Shown one piece after another: positions 30,665-39,503 of a stretch of DNA of 64,000 nucleotides. The stretch's first letter is position 1. The number at the start of each line of letters is the position of its first letter. This DNA comes from Myxococcales bacterium (GTDB lineage: Bacteria > Myxococcota_A > Polyangia > Polyangiales > DASUME01). Position numbers and translations under genes: made by a program. Where the stretch lies: assembly GCA_047601445.1 (NCBI GenBank), contig JASGJH010000001.1, positions 992,001 through 1,056,000 of the forward strand, in the 5' to 3' direction. Under the pieces are notes generated by a model. That model ran no database searches. It had not been told where the DNA came from and was given only the letters and a program-made list of their open reading frames with translations.

Positions 30665-31987
30665 ATGGAAGCCGATCGCCTGGAACCCTCGCATTGGACC
30701 GCGCGCTACGCACACAAGCTGGTGGATGTGCGGGAAGCCATCGCCAAGCTGCGCTCCCATAGCCGAATCTTCATCGGTTCCGGTGCCGCCCAGCCCTGCT
30801 CGTTGATGGATGGCCTGGTCGAGTACGGCACGGCCTTGCGCGGGGTCGAAGTCGTGCATCTGCTTACGCTGGGCGAGGCGCGCTACGTGCAGCCCGAGTT
30901 CAGCGAGCGCTTTCGCCACAAGGCCTTCTTCGTGGGCGCGAACGTGCGGGCGGCGGTACAGGAGGGCAGGGCGGACTTCATCCCGGTGTTCTTGTCGGAG
31001 ATTCCGGAGTTGATGCGCTCGGGACGTGTGCCCATCGACGTGGCGTTGATCCAGGTGAGCCCGCCGGACCGCAACGGCTACGTCAGTCTCGGGGTATCGG
31101 TCGACATCGTGCGCGCCGCCGCCGATCACGCCACGACCGTGATCGCCGAGGTCAACCCTCAGATGCCGCGTACCCATGGCGACTCGTTCATCCACGTCGA
31201 TCGCATCCATGCGCTGGTGCCCGTGAACCGCCCGCTGCTCGAGCAAGTAGGGGAACCGCCTGGCGAGATCGAGCGCGCCATCGCGGGGTACGTGGCGGGC
31301 CTGGTGCCGAACGGAGCCACCCTGCAGACCGGCATCGGCAAGATCCCGGACGCAGTCATGGGCGCCCTTTCGAACCACCAGGACCTCGGGATCCACACCG
31401 AGATGTTGTCCGACGGTGTCATGCGCCTGGCCAAGTCGGGCGTCATCAACGGCAACGAGAAGAGCCTGCTGCCGCGCAAGATCGTCACCTCCTTCGTGAT
31501 CGGCAGCCGCGCGCTCTACGAATGGGTCAACGACAACCCCGCGCTCTACTTTCGTCCTTCGGACTTCACGAACGACCCCTCGGTCATCGCACGCAACGAC
31601 AACATGGTATCAGTGAACTCGGCGCTCGCCGTCGACCTCACGGGCCAGGTCGCCTCCGATACGGTACGAGGCAAGTTCTTCTCGGGCATCGGCGGTCAGG
31701 TGGACTTCGTGCGCGGCGCCGGCAGGAGTCGAGGAGGCAAGTCGATCATCGCGCTGCCCTCCACGGCCAAGCAGGGCTCCGTGAGCCGCATTCAAGCCGC
31801 GTTCGAGGAGGGCGCCGGGGTGGTGACCAGCCGCGGCGACGTGCACTTCGTGGTCACGGAATATGGGGTCGCCGACCTCTGGGGACGCTCCGTACGCGAG
31901 CGCGCTCAAAGCCTGGTGCGAATCGCCCATCCGAGCTTTCGTGACGAGCTCCTGCGGGCCGCGCGAGAGAGGAAGTTCGTGAGCTGA
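30665..31987 (+). CDS. Acetyl-CoA hydrolase / 4-hydroxybutyrate CoA-transferase family
   Basis: LQTGIGKIPDAV, GIHTEM (catalytic Glu), SGIGGQVDFVRGA, VVTEYGVADL. Confidence 0.92.
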   Translation: MEADRLEPSHWTARYAHKLVDVREAIAKLRSHSRIFIGSGAAQPCSLMDGLVEYGTALRGVEVVHLLTLGEARYVQPEFSERFRHKAFFVGANVRAAVQEGRADFIPVFLSEIPELMRSGRVPIDVALIQVSPPDRNGYVSLGVSVDIVRAAADHATTVIAEVNPQMPRTHGDSFIHVDRIHALVPVNRPLLEQVGEPPGEIERAIAGYVAGLVPNGATLQTGIGKIPDAVMGALSNHQDLGIHTEMLSDGVMRLAKSGVINGNEKSLLPRKIVTSFVIGSRALYEWVNDNPALYFRPSDFTNDPSVIARNDNMVSVNSALAVDLTGQVASDTVRGKFFSGIGGQVDFVRGAGRSRGGKSIIALPSTAKQGSVSRIQAAFEEGAGVVTSRGDVHFVVTEYGVADLWGRSVRERAQSLVRIAHPSFRDELLRAARERKFVS

Positions 31988-32059
31988 GGTCCAGGACACG
32001 GACATCCGTGTCACGACAGCGAACGGCCTGGCGGTGTGGAACGCTCGCTCCGTGATCCG

Positions 32060-33454
32060 TCAGCGACATGGCCAGATTGCGGACTTGTATCGGTTCAAGA
32101 AGCAGGAACCGTTTTCGTAGGAGACAACCCAAGGGTCGTCCGGACAGATTCGAGCGGCGGTCGGTTTTTCCGTGAAGGTGCTGTTGCTTCCCTTGAAGAG
32201 AACGCACCCGCCGCTGCCTGCGGACTGGCAGGAGGCAAAGCGATCATTGTTCGCCCACTGGATGGTGGCGACATCGCACAGCTTCACTACGGGCTGAAAG
32301 AAGGGGTCCGGACTTGCTTGTCCGTCGCAGTTAAGATCGAAGCTCAAGAATCCAATCGGCGGAAAGCCGTAGCTTTGAGGAGGCGCATACGCAGGAGAGG
32401 TATCATTGCAGTCGGTGTCCTTCGGGCTGGTTGCATCGGGCTTGTGGGCAGTCCAGCCGCAAGGGTCCTTGGCAGGTAGAGTGCACGCCCGCTGGCTGCT
32501 GCCGTTGGCCAAGGCGTAACCATCGCCGTCGCAGTCCATGTACCAAACGGTCGCATCCACGGCGTCCGGCTCGTCGACCTCGCCGTCGCAGTCGTTGTCG
32601 ACGTGATCGTTGCAGTGTTCCGCCCCGGGAACGATCTGCGGCGCATTGCACCCGAGGCTACCGTCCGTCTGGCACGCGATCTGCCCCTCCCGCCTGCAGG
32701 CTCCCTTGAGCCCGTTGTTGCAGGCGTCGCCGAGATTCAGCGCGCGAGCCGCCTCAGTACAGCTGCCCCCGCAGACGTTGGTGGCGCCGTTGTCGAGCTG
32801 GCCGTCGCAGTCATTGTCCACGCCGTCGCATAGCTCTGCGTGAGTGGGGGAACGTGCCGGATTGGCGTCGTCGCAGTCGTCGCCGCGGGTGGACACCGCG
32901 GTGGGGGACGACGCGTCCAGGCTCCCAGCGTCCGAGCTCGCGAGGGGTATGCAACCCGACTGCAGCGCGCCCGCGCCAACGCCGTCCCCATCCTGATCGA
33001 GATAGAACCCGACCTCGGTCCCCTCGTCGACTCCTTGGTCGCAGTCGTCATCGTGCGAATTGCAGAGCTCTGCGGTGCCTTCGTCGACCTCCCCGTCGCA
33101 GTCGTCGTCCATATCGTTGCCACAGCTGTCGGGGGCGCCTGGACGGACCTGGTGGTCGTGGTCATCGCAATCTCCGACGCCCAGGCCCGCACAGACCGCA
33201 GGGGCCGTGGCAGGCGCGAAACCGTCGCCGTCCTCGTCTGCACAGTTCGGTGCGGGACCCGAGTCCATTCCCTCAGGACCGCCGTCCTCTGAAATCGCGT
33301 TTGCGGGACCCGCATCCGCGGCGCCCCGCGATTGCTCCGTAGGCTCACACGTCGTTCCATGCTTCACCGTCCCAGACGGACAAGCCGCCTCTGGAGCGCA
33401 TGCGACCATCCACAACAGCGCCAACGACGAAGCACTTCGAGCCGACGAATGCAT
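32060..33454 (-). CDS. Cys-rich lipoprotein with MopE-like (putative metal-binding) repeats
   Basis: Lipobox-like MVAC; repeated E-x-C-x2/3-DDDCDGxVDE and YxDxDGDG motifs. Start at 33454 or 33475. Confidence 0.8.
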   Translation of the reverse strand: MHSSARSASSLALLWMVACAPEAACPSGTVKHGTTCEPTEQSRGAADAGPANAISEDGGPEGMDSGPAPNCADEDGDGFAPATAPAVCAGLGVGDCDDHDHQVRPGAPDSCGNDMDDDCDGEVDEGTAELCNSHDDDCDQGVDEGTEVGFYLDQDGDGVGAGALQSGCIPLASSDAGSLDASSPTAVSTRGDDCDDANPARSPTHAELCDGVDNDCDGQLDNGATNVCGGSCTEAARALNLGDACNNGLKGACRREGQIACQTDGSLGCNAPQIVPGAEHCNDHVDNDCDGEVDEPDAVDATVWYMDCDGDGYALANGSSQRACTLPAKDPCGWTAHKPDATSPKDTDCNDTSPAYAPPQSYGFPPIGFLSFDLNCDGQASPDPFFQPVVKLCDVATIQWANNDRFASCQSAGSGGCVLFKGSNSTFTEKPTAARICPDDPWVVSYENGSCFLNRYKSAIWPCR

Positions 33455-33590
33455 AACCCACCAAGCCCAGGGCAAGCGGTTCAGAGATGGACGAACGCTG
33501 GCCGCGCGGGGGAGCGCAGCAGTGAGGTCCGTTGTTGAGGCGTGTCCTGATTCAAGTCAGTCATGGCGTCAAGGCTCGAAGCGGTTTTGA

Positions 33591-35921
33591 TCATGGCTTG
33601 GTTGACCCATCCGGCAGCACGGCTGGATCCCAGGCGTCCACCGAGAGCTTCCTGCCGTCACTCGTGACGCGAACGCCTCCGACGACATCGGTACGCAGCA
33701 CGTGCTGCGATGCACTCTGCAGTCGCTCCATCACGTCCGCGTGGGGATGACCGAAGCGGTTGGCTCGCCCGGCGCTGATCACGCTGAGCCAGGGCGAAAC
33801 CCGCGCGAGAAAGGCGGGCGTACTCGATGTCCGCGAGCCGTGGTGGCCTACCTTCAGGACGTCACTCGCGAGCGCTTCCGGGGTGCGTTCAACGAGTGAC
33901 GTTTCGGTGGCGTGCTCTGCATCGCCCATCAAGAGAAACGAGCGCTCGCCGTGGGTCAGCCGAATGACCCACGAGTTGTCATTGGCATCGAGCGCCTCGT
34001 CGAAGCCAGGGCACGGCGAAAGCACCCTGAGCGCCGCGCCGCCGAGCGGGAATGCCTGGCCACAGCGCTCGGCCGGTCTCACGATGCGCACGCCGCGCTC
34101 CAAGGCTCGCTTGAGGAGTTGCGTCGCCGCCCCGCTGCCGCCTTCGGCCTCTGCTTGGCCCGTGTCCCAGAGCTCGCCCACCTCCACCGCATCGAGCACC
34201 GCGAACAGCCCGCCATAGTGATCCGGGTGAGGGTGGCTCAGGATCACGGCGTCCAAGCGGCCAATGCGCCGGGCCCTGAGCAGGGGCACCACCGACTCGC
34301 TGCCAGGGTCGGGGCCGCCTTGCACGGCACCTCCGGCGTCCACCAGGGCCGCGCTGCCGCTGCCGCTCTCGATGAGGACGGCATCGCCCTGGCCCACATC
34401 GACGAACGTCACACGGAGCTCGTCCGACGAGAGCTCGTGTCGCAAGTGCCATTCGCAGGCGACGAAGCCTAGGCAGGCCAAGACGCTTGCCAGCAGCTTG
34501 GGGCGCAGCGAGAGGCCCGTGAGCCACACGAACGACAGTCCCGCGGCCAGGAGCCCCTGAGTCAACGTGAGCGGAGGAATGGTCAGGCCAGGGTCGAGGT
34601 TCGAACACACGCGCGACGCGTGCAGGAACGCTCCGCTTGCCGTCTCGAACGCCCAGCGTGTGCCCAGCGCATCGGACGCACCGCCGGCCGCAGCAAACAG
34701 CTGCGCCACCACCAGCGGAATCAGCACACCGCCGAGCGGCAAGAGCACCACGTTCGCCACGAGGGCGATGACGGAGGTGGTCCCAAAGCACAGACCGAGA
34801 AAGGGTGCGGTGGCCAGCCAGGCCCGTACGCTCTCCTTGAACGCACCACGGATGCCGCCCGAGCCGTGGGCGGCCGTGAGCAAGGCACCGGTGGCCAACA
34901 CCGACAGCACGAAGCCTGGATGCAACGCGTCGCGCGGCTCGTAGAGCGCGTGGAGCACCACCGCGAACGCCGACACGTGGAGCGCATTCGGTCGATAGCC
35001 GAGTGCGACCAGGCCGTAGAGCAACGAGCTCGTGAATGCAGAGCGCCAAGCGCTCGGCGCCCCGCCGCACGCCATGGCCACGAGCGGCGAGAGCGCGACC
35101 CCCAGGGCCGAGGCTGCCCGCCGCGCCTCGAACCACAAACCGAGCGGCGACCACAACCAGCAGAGCCGCAGTAAGCTGACCAGGGCGCCGGCCAGCACTG
35201 TCACGTGCATGCCTGACACGGCCAGCACGTGGGACACGCCCGCGTTGCGGATGGCGTCGTTCAGCTCGCTCGAGACGGCCATGCCTTCGCCCAGCAGGAG
35301 GGCCCTCGCGATGCCCGCGTGGGGCTCCGAGAGGCTCGCCACGAAGGCCCGACGAATCGCGCCGCGCAGCCGCATGACGTGGTCTGCGAGCCACGATGCC
35401 TGGTCGATGCGGACGGCGGCCGAGGACACCGCGCGTGCGCGCAGGGATACGCGGGCATCGGGCCAGGAGGCAGAGGGCAGGGGGTTACGGAACCTCGGTT
35501 GGCTCGAGACTTTGGCGAGCAGCGTGACGTGGGCCCCCACCGGGAGCTCGTTGTCCGTGGTGAGCGCGAGCCGCGGCTGGCCTTCGGGGCAGGTGTCTGG
35601 ATCGAGAGGTTTACACGCCAGGAGTCGAGCCTCGGACCAGCAGCCCTCGCCGCAACCGGTGCGCAGCACCTCGACACTCAGCCGCGCCACTCCGGTAGCC
35701 ACCGCGGGCTCGACCACTATCGCACCTTGTGCTCCAAGGAGCGCCATCCAGGCGCTGGTGGCGAGTCCGAGCAGGAGAGGCGGAAGCCATGGTCCCTGAG
35801 CCCCATAAGCGGCAAGCACCGCCGCCGCCCCGACGCCTGCACCCCATGCGAGTTCCAGGCCGTGGGACTCCCCCCAGACCAACCCGAGGAAGGAACACAG
35901 CATGACCAAGATCACCGGCAC
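33591..35921 (-). CDS. comEC: DNA uptake competence protein ComEC/Rec2
   Basis: HVLAVSGMHV competence motif; metallo-beta-lactamase DVGQGD, SHPHPDHYGG, KVGHHGS, NRFGHP. Confidence 0.93.
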   Translation of the reverse strand: MPVILVMLCSFLGLVWGESHGLELAWGAGVGAAAVLAAYGAQGPWLPPLLLGLATSAWMALLGAQGAIVVEPAVATGVARLSVEVLRTGCGEGCWSEARLLACKPLDPDTCPEGQPRLALTTDNELPVGAHVTLLAKVSSQPRFRNPLPSASWPDARVSLRARAVSSAAVRIDQASWLADHVMRLRGAIRRAFVASLSEPHAGIARALLLGEGMAVSSELNDAIRNAGVSHVLAVSGMHVTVLAGALVSLLRLCWLWSPLGLWFEARRAASALGVALSPLVAMACGGAPSAWRSAFTSSLLYGLVALGYRPNALHVSAFAVVLHALYEPRDALHPGFVLSVLATGALLTAAHGSGGIRGAFKESVRAWLATAPFLGLCFGTTSVIALVANVVLLPLGGVLIPLVVAQLFAAAGGASDALGTRWAFETASGAFLHASRVCSNLDPGLTIPPLTLTQGLLAAGLSFVWLTGLSLRPKLLASVLACLGFVACEWHLRHELSSDELRVTFVDVGQGDAVLIESGSGSAALVDAGGAVQGGPDPGSESVVPLLRARRIGRLDAVILSHPHPDHYGGLFAVLDAVEVGELWDTGQAEAEGGSGAATQLLKRALERGVRIVRPAERCGQAFPLGGAALRVLSPCPGFDEALDANDNSWVIRLTHGERSFLLMGDAEHATETSLVERTPEALASDVLKVGHHGSRTSSTPAFLARVSPWLSVISAGRANRFGHPHADVMERLQSASQHVLRTDVVGGVRVTSDGRKLSVDAWDPAVLPDGSTKP

Positions 35922-36064
35922 GAAGCCTTTTTAGGCAACGTTGGTTCCCGGTTGTTTTTGCGTGATTTCAGCTACTTGTGACACGTGTCCGGTGGTGACC
36001 GTCACACCCCGCCGGCGACCCGCATTTGACACGCCATAAAAACGCCATACATCTGGGGAGCGGC

Positions 36065-36095
36065 ATGACCCTTACGCACGCGTTAGGGTTAGGGT
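36065..36095 (+). promoter_or_regulatory. MerR-type promoter/operator
   Basis: ATGACC (36065-70), 19-nt spacer, TAGGGT (36090-95); palindrome ACCCTTACGC-AC-GCGTTAGGGT at 36068-36089 (one mismatch). Confidence 0.7.
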
Positions 36096-36102
36096 TGAGA
36101 AC

Positions 36103-36654
36103 ATGGCCATCACCCTTCCACTCAATAAGCAGTTCCACCCCGATCCCGAGGCAGCCTCGGATCGTTCGGAGCGGCTGAATACGTCGCTCTCGACCTTGCG
36201 AGTGGGAGACTTGGCCAAGCGCACGGGGAAAACCGTACGCGCACTGCACCTCTACGAAGAGCACGGTCTGCTCTCCCCCGCACAGCGCTCCAACGGCGGC
36301 TATCGCCTCTACAACCGCGCCTCTGAATTGCGCGTGCGCTGGATCGACAAGCTCCAGCAAATGGGCTTCTCCCTCAGCGACATCAAGCAGATCGTCAGCG
36401 ACGTCGACCGCAGCAAGAACGCGCCCGACGCCATGCAGCGGGTGCAGGACCTGTTTCGTGAAAAGCTGACTGAAACGCGCGAGCAGCTGCGCCGACTGTC
36501 TGCTCTGGAATCCGAGCTCAAGTCCAGCCTCGACTACCTCGAGGCATGCGACTCCTGCGACACCGAGGAGCTCCTCGGCGCCTGCACCGACTGTGCTCGC
36601 CACGCCTGCGAGCACAAGGCCCCCGATCTCGTGGCTGGCTTCCGCGTTCACTGA
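36103..36654 (+). CDS. MerR-family regulator with C-terminal CX2C-X8-CX2C-X4-C motif
   Basis: LRVGDLAKRTGKTVRALHLYEEHGLL...GGYRLY, MGFSLSDIK; Cys cluster at 36547-36609. Confidence 0.92.
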   Translation: MAITLPLNKQFHPDPEAASDRSERLNTSLSTLRVGDLAKRTGKTVRALHLYEEHGLLSPAQRSNGGYRLYNRASELRVRWIDKLQQMGFSLSDIKQIVSDVDRSKNAPDAMQRVQDLFREKLTETREQLRRLSALESELKSSLDYLEACDSCDTEELLGACTDCARHACEHKAPDLVAGFRVH

Positions 36655-36702
36655 GAACCGCGAAGCGCCACCTCGCACCCACCCTCCGAAAGGCTCTCCG
36701 TC

Positions 36703-37929
36703 ATGGCCCTGAAGCTACCCATCTACATGGACAACCACGCGACCACGCCGGTCGATCCGCGCGTGCTCGAGGCCATGATCCCGTATTTCACGCTCGATTT
36801 CGGCAACGCAGCCAGCCGCAACCACGCATTCGGCTGGAAGGCCGAGGAGGCGGTGGACTACGCCCGCGAGCAGATCGCCAAGCTCATCAACGCGAGCAGC
36901 GACAAAGAAATCGTGCTCACCTCGGGCGCCACCGAGAGCGACAACCTGGCGATCAAGGGCGTGGCCGAGTTCTACAAGGACAAGGGCAACCACATCATCA
37001 CCACGCGCACCGAGCACAAGGCCGTGCTCGACACCTGCAAGAAGCTCGAGAAGCAGGGCTACGAGATCACCTACCTCGACGTGGGTGAAGACGGTCTGAT
37101 CAAGCCCGAGCAGGTGGAAGCGGCGATCACGCCCAAGACCATCCTGGTCTCGGTGATGCTCGCGAACAACGAAGTCGGCTCGGTGCTGCCCATCGCGGAA
37201 ATCGGGCAGATCACGCGCAAGAAGGGCGTCCTCCTCCACACCGACGCCGTGCAGGGTGTGGGCAAGGTGGAGTTCGACGTCGAGAAGATGAACGTCGACC
37301 TGGCGAGCCTGTCGGCGCACAAGATGTACGGGCCCAAGGGCGTGGGCGCGCTCTACGTGCGGCGCCAAAAACCTCGCGTGCGCATCGTGGGACAAATGGA
37401 CGGTGGCGGACACGAGCGCGGGATGCGCTCGGGCACGCTCAACGTGCCGGGCATCGTGGGCTTCGGCAGGGCCGCGGACATCGCTGTGAAGGAGTGGCGC
37501 GACGATGCCACGCGCATCTTCGGGATGCGCCAGCGCCTGCGTCAGAAGCTGTTCTCCAGCCTCGACCTGATCCACCTCAACGGCGCGGACGATCCACACC
37601 GCCTGCCGGGCAACCTGAACGTCTCCTTCTCCTTCGTGGAGGGCGAGGCGATGATGATGGCGATCCGCGACGTCGCGGTGTCCTCGGGCAGCGCCTGCAC
37701 CAGCGCCAGCCTCGAGCCGAGCTACGTGCTGCGCGCCATGGGCGTCGACGAAGAGCTCGCGCACTCGTCCATCCGCTTCGGCATCGGCAAGTTCAACACG
37801 GACGAGGAGATCGATTACGTGGCCGATCTCGTGATCAGCTCCGTGCGCCGACTGCGCGAGATGTCTCCGCTCTACGAGATGCACAAGGAAGGCATCGATA
37901 TCAAATCCATCCAGTGGGCCGCCCACTGA
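36703..37929 (+). CDS. iscS: Cysteine desulfurase
   Basis: [42 protein letters not shown] end. Confidence 0.97.
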   Translation: MALKLPIYMDNHATTPVDPRVLEAMIPYFTLDFGNAASRNHAFGWKAEEAVDYAREQIAKLINASSDKEIVLTSGATESDNLAIKGVAEFYKDKGNHIITTRTEHKAVLDTCKKLEKQGYEITYLDVGEDGLIKPEQVEAAITPKTILVSVMLANNEVGSVLPIAEIGQITRKKGVLLHTDAVQGVGKVEFDVEKMNVDLASLSAHKMYGPKGVGALYVRRQKPRVRIVGQMDGGGHERGMRSGTLNVPGIVGFGRAADIAVKEWRDDATRIFGMRQRLRQKLFSSLDLIHLNGADDPHRLPGNLNVSFSFVEGEAMMMAIRDVAVSSGSACTSASLEPSYVLRAMGVDEELAHSSIRFGIGKFNTDEEIDYVADLVISSVRRLREMSPLYEMHKEGIDIKSIQWAAH

Positions 37930-38007
37930 GCTACCCCCCTCGAGCCCAGAACACGTAGCAGAACACCCTCGCTCGCAGCCGCGAGAGAGCCGCAAAGGAA
38001 GACCGCC

Positions 38008-38418
38008 ATGGCTTACTCAGACAAGGTCATCGACCACTACGAAAATCCCCGCAACGTCGGCACCCTCGACAAGAGCGACGAATCGGTCGGCACCGGCTTG
38101 GTGGGAGCACCGGCGTGCGGCGACGTGATGCGCCTGCAGCTGCGCATCAACCCCGAAACCGACGTTATCGAGGACGCCAAGTTCAAGACTTTCGGTTGCG
38201 GCAGCGCCATCGCCTCTTCCTCGCTCGTCACTGAGTGGGTCAAGGGCAAGACGGTGGACGAGGCCATGAAGCTGAAGAACACCCAGATCGTGGAGGAGCT
38301 CAACCTGCCTCCCGTGAAGATCCATTGCTCCGTGTTGGCCGAGGACGCCATCAAGAGCGCCATCGCCGACTTCCGCAAGAAGCAAGCGGAGCGTAGAGCC
38401 GCCTCCGAATCAAAGTGA
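38008..38418 (+). CDS. iscU: Fe-S scaffold
   Basis: YSDKVIDHYENPRNVG, GAPACGD, FGCGSA, LPPVKIHC. Confidence 0.98.
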   Translation: MAYSDKVIDHYENPRNVGTLDKSDESVGTGLVGAPACGDVMRLQLRINPETDVIEDAKFKTFGCGSAIASSSLVTEWVKGKTVDEAMKLKNTQIVEELNLPPVKIHCSVLAEDAIKSAIADFRKKQAERRAASESK

Positions 38419-38426
38419 GTGAGGTC

Positions 38427-38864
38427 ATGTCTCAGCCAGAGCCACAGAAGGTCGAAGCGCGCGCGCCCGCGCGGGTCGAGGCCCAGGATCCGCTCGCGGG
38501 CATCGAGGCCTTGGTGCCCGAGAACGTCGAGGGCACGCCTGACATCCGCCTCACCAAGAAGGCGGTGGAGATGGCCAAGAAGTCCATCGAGCGCCGTGGT
38601 GTGCCCACGGAGGGGCTGCGGCTGGGCGTGAAGGGCGGCGGCTGTTCGGGCGTTTCCTATGCCATCGAGTTCGCGGACAAGATTCGCGGGCGCGACCACG
38701 TGTTCGAGTTTCTGGGGCTCAAGGTGGTGGTCGACCCCAAGAGCCTCATCTATCTGCGCGGTTCCATCCTCGACTACGAAGTCAAGCTCATGCAGCACGG
38801 CTTCAAGTTCCGGAACCCCAACGAGAAGGCCGGCTGCGGCTGCGGCGAGTCCTTCACCGTATAG
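38427..38864 (+). CDS. iscA: A-type Fe-S carrier
   Basis: GGGCSG, CGCGESF; ATG 38427 after GAGGT (alternative GTG 38415). Confidence 0.93.
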   Translation: MSQPEPQKVEARAPARVEAQDPLAGIEALVPENVEGTPDIRLTKKAVEMAKKSIERRGVPTEGLRLGVKGGGCSGVSYAIEFADKIRGRDHVFEFLGLKVVVDPKSLIYLRGSILDYEVKLMQHGFKFRNPNEKAGCGCGESFTV

Positions 38865-38972
38865 CCCGTCGAGGGCGGCACAAAGGCTGCAATCATGATC
38901 CTTCGTGAGCGCAGCGAACCTCGCGGAGGGGGTGGGGCCCGCGTGACCTCCCCGCTGAAACCAGGGGACAGC

Positions 38973-39500
38973 ATGGATGCCTTCGATGTGCTGGCGCTCA
39001 AGCCTGCCTTTGATCTCGACCCAAGCGAGCTCGAGCAGCGCTATCGCGACCTGCAGAAGCAACTCCATCCGGACAAGTTCGTGCAAGCGTCCGCGAGCGA
39101 GAAGCGCGTCAGCTTGAGTCGGGCGGTCGACGTCAACCAGGCCTACCGATCCCTGCGTGACGCGCTCAAGCGCGGTGAGATCTTGCTGACTCGTCTGTCG
39201 GGCGTTCAAGCCGGCGCGGAGACCACGGATCCGGGGCTCTTGATGGAGATCATGGAGCTGCGCGAAGGCCTGGCGGAGGCCAAGGGCGAGCGCAACGCGG
39301 CTGCCGTGAGTGCGCTCAAGGCCGACGTGCTCACACGGGAAGACGGCGCACTCGGCTCACTGAAGCAAGCCTTCCAGGTGCTCGAGCGAGGCCCGGACGG
39401 TGCGGCGCGCGCAGAAGCCCATCGCGCGCTGTCACGACTGCGCTATTACCGGCGCTTCCAGGAAGAAGTCGCGCGCTTCGAAGAGGAGACAGCGGAGTAA
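38973..39500 (+). CDS. hscB: J-domain co-chaperone
   Basis: LQKQLHPDKF, VNQAYRSL, LMEIMELRE. Confidence 0.92.
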   Translation: MDAFDVLALKPAFDLDPSELEQRYRDLQKQLHPDKFVQASASEKRVSLSRAVDVNQAYRSLRDALKRGEILLTRLSGVQAGAETTDPGLLMEIMELREGLAEAKGERNAAAVSALKADVLTREDGALGSLKQAFQVLERGPDGAARAEAHRALSRLRYYRRFQEEVARFEEETAE

Positions 39501-39503
39501 GTC

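Noticed and set aside
35977..36006. CRP-like site between comEC and merR (TGTGAC...GTCACA)
   Set aside because: Half-site spacing does not fit TGTGA-N6-TCACA; too weak to call.
36083..36096. Telomere-like TTAGGG x2
   Set aside because: Explained by the right arm of the MerR palindrome plus the -10 box.
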